DNA of 64,000 nucleotides from Balanoglossus misakiensis (Eukaryota; Animalia; Hemichordata), in assembly GCA_040954595.2 (NCBI GenBank), contig CM082595.2, positions 6,412,137 to 6,476,136 of the forward strand. Direction: 5' to 3'. Shown here in pieces: positions 1 through 11,760 of the stretch; position 1 is the first letter of the stretch, and the number at the start of each line of letters is the position of its first letter. Position numbers and translations under genes: made by a program. Under the pieces are notes generated by a model, which searched no databases, had not been told where the DNA came from, and was given only the letters and a program-made list of their open reading frames with translations.

Positions 1-3000
1 TACGGCGTGAATTTGTGTAAAATCCAAGTCGCGCTTAAAAGCGCACAATGCTGATATCATGACTTTTCTCTGCTGCCCACAGCCATTGTTGGTACTTTCC
101 CAAGAAAGTCTTAGTATAAGAGATTGTAATCACCGAATTCTTACATTCAGTGAGTAATCTGCTTTTTTTTCGGTGGCGCATCACCGGCACAAAAAAAGCC
201 ATAGCGCAAATCAATCTCCAAGACAAGAAAGTACAGATAAGCTAATTCGGTGGAGACACCGCTGGTGGCGCTCTTTCGGGTTGCCAAAGCGAATAACCGC
301 GCTTGATTCTCGCAAGAGGTTTTGAGTTATCTCCTCCACTGCTGGCATTTCTTAACTCAAGATATGTTGGTGTGTGTGTGGGCATTGTTCACCACAAGCG
401 AGAAATGCAAGTGACTCTGGTGTGGTTAGATTGTTGTTTAACACCCAGCCTTGTGCACTTTTGCCTGTCCAGTCTATAAAATTGTAGCAATAACATGGCG
501 CGTTAGTTCCAACGTGCATTTTTTATCTAAAATTGTTATATATTAAATGTTATAGTTTATATTTGTTAAATGTGCGTACTTGGTATCGGTTCCTCAGCTA
601 TATATGTAATATTTTGTGGCTAAATATCGGATATATTGACATATAAACAAATGAATAACATGAGGCCGTCAATCACAGCCTTATAATTATGCAAATGTTT
701 AACATTCTGTTTACTTTCTCTGAAAACTTAATGCATAAATACCACGGATGACGTATTGACGTTGTTATCGAAGGCATTGTATGTTTTCTTGGCCTTGCGT
801 GTTTTCAGCAGAACCACGGAAACTAGGAAAGATTAAAGACTAGGTTAGAAAAAAATTAAGGTAGAGCAAATGATTTAGCCAGACAACGGTGCAAACAACA
901 ATGAGAAGCTTCTTCGAAAGTTATGACGCTTACTGAGTTTGCCACTAGTGATGATGGGTGTGTTGATCTGTCACGAGTAATTTTATGGAACCCTGTAACA
1001 CTGTTTTCCTCCGTAGAGATCCAACTTTAACACAATGCTCAATGGGTTTGGACCAAACTTGATGTGAGAGTGTTAAAAGTAGACAGCAACAGCTTATTTT
1101 AAATTCCGTTAAGGGTATATCAATATCTTCTTTCTTTTAATCCTCGAAACGTGTTCAAACGTCAATGTTGATTGTTGTGAAGTAAAGGTATGCATAACCC
1201 TGTATTTTTCTTGTTTCAAGTAGTTTGACCAATCACGTGACAGGTATGTTTCCAGGATGTACTGAGGATTTGATTATTGGTCAAATATCGATAGTGACAT
1301 ATGGGATTGAAGTTCATGTGATTGCTTTAAGTAAAATTCCATTAGGCCATCCTATAATTTACATGTATGCACTATTCTTGAAGCGAAGACAGCTATCCGG
1401 CGTAAATCAAAAGCAGTACTATCCCGCTGAAAACTTTAGAGTGATTTTAAGAGTCAGGTTTTAACACTTTGTCCGTGCTTCATTTTTGTCGCTTGCGTAC
1501 AGATTCCCTAGGCAGTAAAACAGAAATGCAATCAAACGAGTGTGATGTGTGTACGGCAGGGTTGGTCGTGTGCCTTCACAAATCAACGTGGAAGTTAAAC
1601 TGGGAAATTGTTTTTGGATTGTTTGAAAACAACAAGCGGGCAAACACAACCTCAGTGTGCATGCCGACATATTTCTTTAGCTTCCAAAATGGTTGACTCC
1701 ATGTTTGAATTCAGTTAATGATGGTGGCCATATCAAGCAAGGAGTAGGCATCTCATTCCTTTTCGCTTCCTTCTTATTCTCTCAAGGGCCAATACCACAT
1801 AACAGACGAGATGAACCACGACCTTTGGTTAAAGGGGCATTTGTTATTCATGGCTGACCCTTTTATCACCATATATATCTGTAGAAATACCCACGTCAAG
1901 GTATACGGGCCTTCAAGAAGGAATGAGGGGACTCGGAGGCTTCTAAACTTTCACAGAGATGTGTTTTGCTGCAGTATTTTTTCTCTGGTCACGACATACT
2001 ATTACAGTAGCATTGTGTAAATTTGATATCATTGGCGAATTACAGGGCATGAACTGTGTTGTCAGAACAATTTTTTAAAACTATTATTTGCGAGTCGCCG
2101 TGAAGAAACGACGGTCTTGTTTGAAATTTCGTATCACCCACCCCTGGGCGTGGCAGGATCTAGCTCCCAAACATAAGCAAAAGCTTGTAGGGCAAAGATA
2201 ACTGATCATCACGGGTCGAAAGCAATGATAGCTCAAGCTGTGACTCAGCATTCGAATCGAATTCACGGGCGACCATTTTGGCACGTAAGCTTAACAACTT
2301 CCCGTCTTTGTTCACCTCTAAAAGCAGCCTACAACAGCTGATGAAATTCGACTATGATTTCATTCCTCGCCACAGGATGTGATTAAAACCCCAGGTAGGG
2401 AACTGAAGCTTCTCGGCTAAAAAGGTAACGGAACAATTGCACGGCGTTCTGGGTAGGAATCCGTTTCAACAATTCCAAAACGGGATATGTGATGTCTTCA
2501 GGTGGCATGTTAAAATTAGTTTCAAGCGGGGATTTGAAGAAGTTGAGTGCTAATAAAAGTCAGCAGGGCATTTACCTGTATAATGTGCATTTAATTAACA
2601 TGACTTTTCTGCGACGCGTTTCAAAGGAGCGTGTAAGGACAGAATCTCCACCACCGGGCGTTCGGCAAAATTGACCTCGATTACACCTTTGTGTGTTGAC
2701 GCGCCGCGTCAACAAGAGTGTCAGACTATATGACGCAAACTGGAAGAATCAATGGAAGGATATAGTTCCATTCACTGAATCAACGCTCTGTATGTATGCA
2801 TGTATGTGGGCGAGGCTGTGCTTCGTGATATGGTTTTTAGTGCCAGCGATACTAATGGATGTTGTGAAATATGTGCCCTGAGTCAGATAGAAGTTGTGGG
2901 GCAAAAGCTGTTTTCGATAGATAGTGTGGCGCGTGGGTTTCACGAGTGGTAATCTGTATTCTAGCGATACTCAGTTGAGCTCAGGGTCTTTCTTATTTGG

Positions 3001-3075
3001 TTTCTACTTTTGCTCTGCTATCAAAATAAGAAATATGTTCGATATGTTATCTCTGCCCAGCCCACGTACTTAAAA

Positions 3076-3238
3076 ACATACATGCATACATAGATACATA
3101 CATACATACATACATACATACATACATACCCGGTACATACATACATACATACATACATACATACATACATACATACATACATACATACATACATACATAC
3201 ATACATACATACATACATACATACGGTACATACATACA
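3076..3238. repeat. (TACA)n microsatellite
   Basis: Direct reading; explains the MYVC-repeat ORFs. Confidence 0.97.
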
Positions 3239-5850
3239 TGTTCATTCTTAGAATTATCTTATTTGAGGGATTTATGAATGAATGGTCATTTTTATAAACA
3301 AATAAACGCGGCGCAACAACCCCTTCACTTTAAGTTATTTTGTCATTTGATCTGTAAGTCTGTTTTCTTCAAAAAGTACAGGCTTTCTTTAGGACTGTTT
3401 GCACCAATATCTAGTCACCACTGAACAGTGAAAACAGACGATACCTTCAATGTGTGGGTTTCCTGTTGTTTACTTGCTGTGTGTTGTCGATGACCAAATT
3501 GGTGCTTTGTTATTTGTTGGTTGATAAATATAACCTTCAAAATATAGGTTGCATGTTGTTTGCTTGTTACATGTTGTCTGTGACCAAGGGGTGATGTAAA
3601 ATATCACAGTGTTGTCATTCAGTGCCCACAAAATGAAAGTTACACGACGCGACACAAAATTTCAAAGGCCACATTTCTGCGTGTTTGTACACATGTTACT
3701 GTTCTTCAGATCCACCCGCCCCCTATCTATACATTGCAGTTTCAAAAGGAACAATTTATTACAATCGTGTACTAGTTCGAATATGCCCCTGACGTCAGAA
3801 GGGAGTGTACAGGTATTGTGGAAGGGAGATGTTTTCGAATCATTTATAATAGTATGACGTCAAAGCTTGTCTTAAAATAACTTAGTTTTGGCTAAGTGTT
3901 CACTAAATATCGGTTTTGGAGCTGATTCTCTGAAAGATCAAATATGACCGATTTTTAATCTTATCTATTCATGTTAGTCTGATAAAGACCCTATTTACTG
4001 CCACTGTACATCCATCATACGAATGTCATGCAAATGTATATTTTGGTTTGTGTTTGGCGTTTCACTTGAATTTAGTTATACAGAGATGAGAAGGAAACCA
4101 AACAGTGCTAGTATATATCTTGAGTTTTAGGTTTATGATAAACATGCAGCCATCTAAAATATGAATGTCGTGACTAAGCATCATAGCACTGACAATACTA
4201 GTTTAGGTGTAGTATATAATTCCTCTTTGTTCCATCTGTCATTTGCATTCAGAAATAAATCAATTACAACCGAAATCATTGGAATTCGATTCAGCTTCAC
4301 TTATTTGACTTTTTTGCTTACAAATATAATCACATCTCAAATCTCACCCCAGTACCTTTAATCATTTCTATATAGATAAGACGATCTAGGTGTATCATTT
4401 ACGTTTTATCTATTACGCTGTCGGCAAAGGATTAATATCAATCTGATAAACCTTGTTTTGTTGACCCAACGTTCTTAGATCTTATTCTACTCAGAAATAA
4501 TTCTTTGACGACATTGATGTTCTTGTGTGCATGCGTCTTCCGAAGATGTATAAAAATTAAACAATTTATTTGCGATAAAAATGTTCCTTATACTCTACCA
4601 TCAAATGTACATGTACATGTCCATGTCAGTGTCAATGTGATTGGGAGTGCTGAGTGGTACAAGATTAAATTAATTTTAATTTATTACAGATACCGTGAGA
4701 ATTTGGCATTTTGCTGTAATTCTGATTGTTCGATATTGTGTAACTAAACAAATTTCAAAACATCAGAGGTTAAATATGTAACAGTTAAATAAAAAAATTA
4801 AAAGCATTTCCTGGATATTTGTATTTTTTAAAATCAAAGATATGAAATCTGGGACCCTCTGAAACTTGCCAACATTATCGATGTTGATTACTTTCTTAAT
4901 CACATCCTGTCCAATCTAAATTAAGAAAAAGTAGATCCTGTCAACAATAATTAGGTATTTCTATTGCTAGATGCTTTCCGTATTGTCGAAAGTGTGTTGA
5001 CACTTCGGTTTAGACTGTTTACAATGTGTTGTCTTCGTCAAAGACTAAATTGTCCTGCATTTAATTTATTCACTAATGGTGTTTACTGCCAATGTTAAAA
5101 AGTATTCGATATCCATAGAGTTAAAATGATCCGGGGAAGTTTTATTAAACAGTTGTACATGTACCAGCTTGATATTAGTTCCAAAGGTCTACATTTCCGA
5201 CCAGCATCACTCAGGCTATTGGCTCAGTGGTTTTTAAAATGTGGGTTAACTTGCGGACAACACAACCCTATTGGTATTACTGCCTATAAAGTCACTCTGC
5301 AGAGTAGATCACCTTCTGGTCACGTGTGTCTGTCTGTGTTCCTTGACAGCACATTTAAGACCTTTAATAGTGCAACTGTATGACCAGTGCAGCAGTTGCT
5401 TGAAGATTCAGCGTCAATGCCCCATGCTCAGTGGGGCTAATTAGGTATGCATGACATCGACTCCATTGCACTTTCGAACAATGTCCTGCCTTTGCATAGT
5501 TTATAGTAAATGCGCAGTTATTCGATCAGCACAACAAACCAAAATCGCACACTTCTTTGAAAAATCCAAAGTAATTTTGTCGAGCCTGCGGTATGTTTAT
5601 CTTCCCGGAGCACAGCAAGGCCCTGAGAGATTTAAATCCCACTGTCCACTCACAACAATACATCTGCCTAATAGAGTTTTGTAATAAGGCTTATCTAAAC
5701 CAATGATGGTTTTAAGTAACTGAGCAATGAAACTCCAGAAACCAATTTTCGAGTGTAATGTGTGAAAAGAATGCTGAGGTCCTCTGAGATCATTTTACAT
5801 TAAATAATAAAATCTACTTATATTACATATCGCTGTGCGTGGAAATTGAA

Positions 5851-6064
5851 AGATAGATAGATACATAGATACATGTACATTGTGTATTCGCTTACCCTTA
5901 TGTTTGAAGATAGATAGATACATAGATACATAGATAGAATAAGATAGATACATAGATAGAATAAGATAGATACATAGATAGATAGATAATACGATTTAGG
6001 AGTTCGTTGCAAGTACTGCTGGCAGAGTGCTCGATGGTGTAAATCCAGAGCTTGCACACCTTAC

Positions 6065-6113
<49 letters not shown>
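5851..6113. repeat. (GATA)n microsatellites: degenerate tract 5851-5990 and pure tract 6065-6113
   Basis: Direct reading. Confidence 0.95.
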
Positions 6114-6999
6114 TTGCCTACCCTTATGTTTGAAATATTGTTTTTAAGACAATAATTTTAATGAGCCTTACTTTTCACTGTATTATTGTATTCCGGATCC
6201 AACACGTGTGTTAACAAGCAATATCTACATCCGCACTAATTGCTTCTTCTCTTTAAAAGACTGAGTGAATACGGTGCAGGATTTAGAAGAGATATAAATG
6301 TAGTTACCAACGTGCGTGCGGCAAAGCTGTCGTGTGGGAGTGTTGACTAAAGGAGTTTCAGCGGCAACAAAAATTTGTCGCTACCTTCAAAGTTGTCAAG
6401 TTGTGTTGAAATGGAAAATACCCAAGCAAATAATGTCTCCAGAGAAAGAAAAGTTGTCTGGAAAGTAAACCTAATTCAGGACGCCAAATCTCTAGCCAAT
6501 ACAATATCATAATGTGAAACATAATGTTTGGCCATTAAATAATTGAAATCTGATGCAAGTGCAGCTTTCTTGATGTCACCTACCATGATTCTTAGCTTTT
6601 GAGTATTAACAATGTAGCCACGTTTTGGTGGTTAAGAGCCTGCGATTTGGGGCTGTTATATGTTCTCTGTAAAGGTCATATTCATTAGATCGACATCCAT
6701 ATATTTTGGGGGGCTTAGGAAGTTGGGTGACTAATCTACAACAGAAAGCCATACATTTGGTTTCTGTTTCCTTCTGTATGGAAACACTCACTGTCTTCAC
6801 ATCCGTTGCAGAGACGAAAATACTGCGGCAGTATATGCAGTAATTGTGGCTCGTTGATAGTTACCGCCGTTCGCTATATTTCTTCCCGAAGAAAGTAATA
6901 GTTTCACATTCAGTAAGAAAGTTTTACGTTTTACATTCAACATCTGTTGTTCTGACATATCTATGACGTAAACGTATGCCCCCGCACAAAATACAGTTG

Positions 7000-7712
7000 T
7001 TTTCTTAATGGGTCATCATGGTGATTTTTGCTGTTGTTGTGTTCCCACATCTTATGATCACTGCTTTCTGCATCTCTAAATGACACGTGAGCGGGACTGT
7101 CTTCTCATGTCTTGAAGTTTATGAATGTGTTTACTCTTTAAACAAGATCACTGTTTATGAGATGGAAAGGGTGCATATGAGATGAATATTACCCAGGGTC
7201 GGATTATGTTCGGCCAACCGATATAGTATCCATCCTTCCAAGTCAGAGTGAATGCCAAGAAAGCAAGATATTCATTTCAGATGTGTATTCCATACTTGCA
7301 TTGTGAAATGGGAACTATTGTGTATCAAATTTATGAGATCGTGTCGTGGTGTATCAATTTTATGAGATCATGTGTTGGGTATTGGGTTTTACAGAGATCA
7401 ATCCACGCAGGCGTTTACTGGGCAAGCCCCGGTGGTTTTAGTTGATGAAAGATCGGTATCAAGCGAATAGATATAAAGTTACCAGGGTGTAATCTTAATG
7501 GCTACATGTACTTTTGCATAGCAATCCTTTTTGGTTGCAACCCGGGGATAAACAAAATTGGAATGCCAAAGTTTATTGAAAACTATCTTCTTCATTTCTG
7601 ATCAATATCACTAATGGAATATGACGAATGAATGCCAAATGGGTGTGAGTTTCGGTTTGACTCGTTGTTGAGGTTACCGTACGTTGTTTGTCTTTGTTGT
7701 TTTCCTCATCGT

Positions 7713-7784
<72 letters not shown>

Positions 7785-8450
7785 CGACGACTATAATGAG
7801 GACAATGATGACGATGATGATGATGATGCAGGTGATGATAATGTTGATAACCGTCGATGTTGTCTTCGTCATCATCATCCTCATCGCACTTCCATCTCTC
7901 CTAATTTTTAGTTGGCATTGGTTGTATAAGAAAATTAGTGCTGATTTCCCTGGCTTCAGAGATTGGTAATAAATACTTTGCTCAATATACTTCATGTACT
8001 GACTTCATAGATGTCCATCTCTCCAGCCCTGCTTCAAACCATAATGTGCAGTTCCTATGTGGTTCCACATCTTGTTTATGGTACTTTACTTCCATCTTGC
8101 TCATGACTTTTTATACACAGGAGAATCTTCAGTTTAGGTGTGGTCAGTTTTGCCTTGCCTGTACAACACTAATTAGTAATACCATCAGTGCCTTCTACAT
8201 TTGGCTTTCTTTGGAGAGAGTCTGAAAATCATAGATATCTTTTTGACTTTTCTCCGGTAGTAATATCAGAAGCGGTTGGGAAAATTACTGAATAGTTCAG
8301 GATTTGGTTATCACTGACCTTACTTCATTTGGTTTTGTTGGCATTGTAGTAATAGCCGTGGTTACCATTGTGTGTTTGTCTGACCAGGAAGAATACACCG
8401 CGAAGGATTTTCACAAAAGCTCTAAAATTTGAGGATGTTGGAAGAGTTAG
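7000..8450 (-). mobile_element. Probable heavily decayed non-LTR retrotransposon reverse transcriptase fragment
   Basis: RT-like motifs appear in the expected order on the minus strand: GTDGITN (8192-8172), KPGK (7956-7945), FIRHIPL (cf. NFRPISL, ~7620), QKGL (7533-7522) and AWIDLCK (7408-7388). The frames are broken by stops and frameshifts and a GAT tract is interposed. Boundaries are uncertain. Confidence 0.4.
7714..7850. repeat. (GAT)n microsatellite, pure then degenerate
   Basis: Direct reading; produces the poly-D, poly-M and poly-I ORFs. Confidence 0.97.
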
Positions 8451-10797
8451 TCTTGGGAAGATTAAAAAGAAGGCAGTGAACACCGAGATAAGTGACCACT
8501 TATAAGAAAATATAATATTGGAAAATGTGGAATAATTTGACTCACCGGATTTCTCGTCATCTAGTAAAATTGTGTCTAATGGTGCCTTTTGGCGTATACC
8601 AAGAACAGGCTTTTGTATTGACACTGAGAATTGAATTCCCGGAAAAGAAAAAAATGACCTGTCTTGCTCTTCCTTTATGTTTTTTTCTGCTTTCGAATTG
8701 AATGAATTTCGAATGGAACTCCTGATCTGGCTGTTGAGTCACTCAATACTGCAGCTACTCCCGCCGATTGCTTTCTGCTAGTTGTTATTTCTATGAACAT
8801 ATCCCGCCAAATTTTGTCCCTACTATTTTCAGCAAAGCCTTGGCCTATGACGTAGGAAGCTGCATCTGGTTTTTGAAAATATCAAGCTTTTCTTACGTCA
8901 TTGTTTTAATCTCATGGAGTTCATGATTTCATCATGTCGATGTAGAATAAATGCTTCTTAGCTTTCTTTGAGCGTGGGAGGGGGGGGGGTGAAATAATTT
9001 CTTAAAGTAATGGGTTACAGTCCCAGTAGCGGTATTATTTCTATTTGGCAAGTCATCATCCTAATAATCCTCATAATAACTTAAAGATTTAGTCACTCCA
9101 TCCTGTAGTTTAGGCTCAGTCGTCAAGTCAACCGCTCAGTGACTTATCAATGTATTAATTTTCTTATAGGTCAAAGGTCAGTAACTGCTATTCCCAAAAC
9201 CTATTGTGTGTTGTTATATAATCGCGTCCCCGCAACAGTCAACTTCAGCAATTGCTAGTAGGGTCTTTTTTCACATGTTATTGCGATACTTAAAGGGACA
9301 AAGTCTCTCTCTCGCTGCCCTATTTTCATTAATTATGTTTGATACAAGACACCATTTATGTTATTCTACATGTGGATATATAGTGACTAAACGTTCGACT
9401 ACACACAACTTCCATCGCATTTGTATGAAATGAGAGTAAATGGTAGAGGCCTTAATCATTTTGAAGTATTTACATGCCTTTGATATATTCCTATCATACA
9501 CATGTAAAAAAGCGGTGCATATTTTTAGTGTATTATCTGTGTATTCTCATTCACCAATACACCTTTGTGATATGTGTGATAACAAGGCGGCGCTCACCAT
9601 AAGCTGTGTACAATAACGTGATACAGCCATCGTTTGAAATTAAATATTTCATGATTAAATAATCTTTTGTGCAGAACTATTGATGACACTTTCCATTTCT
9701 TTTTCGACTGGGGTGTGAATTATTTTCATTAAACATATATTATGCTGCAGGCCATTAAAGCATAATTCGACGATTTGCTTTCAGGTGAAGAGTTTTTTAC
9801 ATTCACCATGCAGATAATACTCTGGTGTCATTCAATCTGGACCATTTCTAATCAAACATCATTACCATGATGTAACGGATTGGCGTAGTTTATTTTTTCC
9901 AATTATTTGATGCCACCAACAGTTTTATATCATAGCTCACATGTTTTAGACAACGATACCTTGACCCCAGATAAAGATTTCTAGTTGACGCCCGTGCTTT
10001 CAATCTGATCAACTGGGTCTAACATGGGTTTAGAAAGAGACGCAAAAACAATTCCCTCACGAAGCGTACCGCCCTGGGACTCTAGCGAACACCTCGCGAA
10101 TTCCACTCTAATCAAGAGGACTCCCGAAATTTTGAACGGTTTGCCGAGAAAAGTCGTGACTGAAAATAGTAAGCCTGTTGTATGTTCTTCTATTATCGTT
10201 GATTTGAGCTAGCAGGCTCGATAACTTACAATGATTCAGCAACACGTGAAAATTATTATGTGGTACAAACTATCTTTGTTTTAAAATTGAAGAAATAAAA
10301 AATTTCTGGATAGGAAGACAATTTTTCAAGTCTGCAAGGTACACTTACTACAGACACCAGTACAACCATCCACTACGTTAGACATTATTTACGTGGCAAA
10401 TTTAGTTTTCATACAGTAAATCTGTCAATTGCTTAACCTTCTATGCGTAGATAATTTGATTACTTTTGACGTCATTTGTACAGTTAACGAAATATGATAT
10501 TTATTTCATGGCCAGACAACATATCTTTGTGTAAATGCCCATTTTGCATAGTTATCACGGTTACGTAGTGTGGTTATTATTATCACTGAGTGTTTTTGAC
10601 CTAGATGTGGTTTTAAGGTTAATTTTTTCATCTTATGAATCTTTGCCGTGAGACAGTGTATGCAGAACAAGTTTAGTTTTTAATCCATCATCTGAGGAAG
10701 GGGAGTTTATTTAACTTTACATGTGAGTGAGTGTGTGTTTGATGTGTGGGTAGTTGACTTCCATTTGTCTAACTATGATATACTATTCATTGGTTGT

Positions 10798-10917
10798 ACG
10801 CGCCCCGGGGACAGATTTTCAGAAGAATGTTAGTCCTCCAAACCTTTAAATTATTTGCCATATAAAAGTGGCCAGAAGTCTTTTTAAAAGCAAAGAAGAA
10901 ACATGGCTTTCACCATC
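10798..10917 (+). repeat. Dispersed repeat fragment homologous to ~61899-62030
   Basis: GCGCC.CGGGGACAGATTTTCA...CTCCAAAC...AGTCTTTTT.AAA.CAAAGAAGAAACAT is shared by both loci. Confidence 0.75.
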
Positions 10918-11199
10918 ATAAAAGTCTCTACTGCCTAGCCACGCGAGATCTTGTATGGTCTCATAGAGTTCGGAAAATAGTCTATTGATGAGGAAATTTT
11001 GGATCCATTCCGAAAAGTTACTGAACTGCTTCTTTCCAAATTTGTTATACCGGTACTAAAAAAAAAGATAGAGAAATAGAGCGTTCCTTGTATTTTAGCA
11101 CTGCAGTAAAACTGTAATGTTTTCTTCCCAGATCCCAAATCTACATGTATTCTCAAAATTGTGTATTCTTGACTCTCTGAAACAAATAGCGCCATACTT

Positions 11200-11268
11200 T
11201 CCTTAAACAAAATACTCATACACAACCAACAATGCAGTGCTCATGTCAAAATCACACAAAACTTTATT
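11200..11268 (-). terminator. Putative polyadenylation signal of the neuropeptide mRNA
   Basis: AATAAA on the minus strand (TTTATT at 11263-11268), ~490 nt after the stop, followed by a GU/U-rich stretch (ttgttggttgtgtatgagtattttgttt). An alternative ATTAAA lies at 11659-11654. Confidence 0.6.
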
Positions 11269-11760
11269 TCCGACTAAACGAAATCAAAATGTCAAGCCAG
11301 TTATACTTAACGGAAAATTCCCATTCGAAATTCATTAGTCTGTGTATATTCTCGACAAATCAAACCAACATCAAGAAATTCTCGTATAATCAGAAATATG
11401 TACACCATGTAAAATACTATATTCTGTTACCATTATGCATATATTGAAATCATAACGCCAACAGAAACACCTCATCAGGCAACAGTGCGCCTGCGCCGAC
11501 CTTAAGTCTGGCTGTGAGGGTGCATTGGTTCGAACAGGTGCAAGAGTGGTAGTTAACAATTAACTTTTATGCTAAGACACTATTTTCACGAATCTATCAT
11601 CTTTGTTATCGAGATCAATCAATTCTGTGAAGAATTGCTTTTGTTCTGCAAACTTTAATCTATCCAAGAAAGCCTCTGTGGTAAGAAAATAAAATTTGGG
11701 GGTTGTAGTGAAAGGCCATCACGAATATTTCGATACGAAGTGCAATACTTGGGATATGTG

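Noticed and set aside
3021-3245. MYVC-repeat ORFs
   Set aside because: Translations of the (TACA)n microsatellite.
7573-7995. Poly-D, poly-M and poly-I ORFs
   Set aside because: Translations of the (GAT)n microsatellite.
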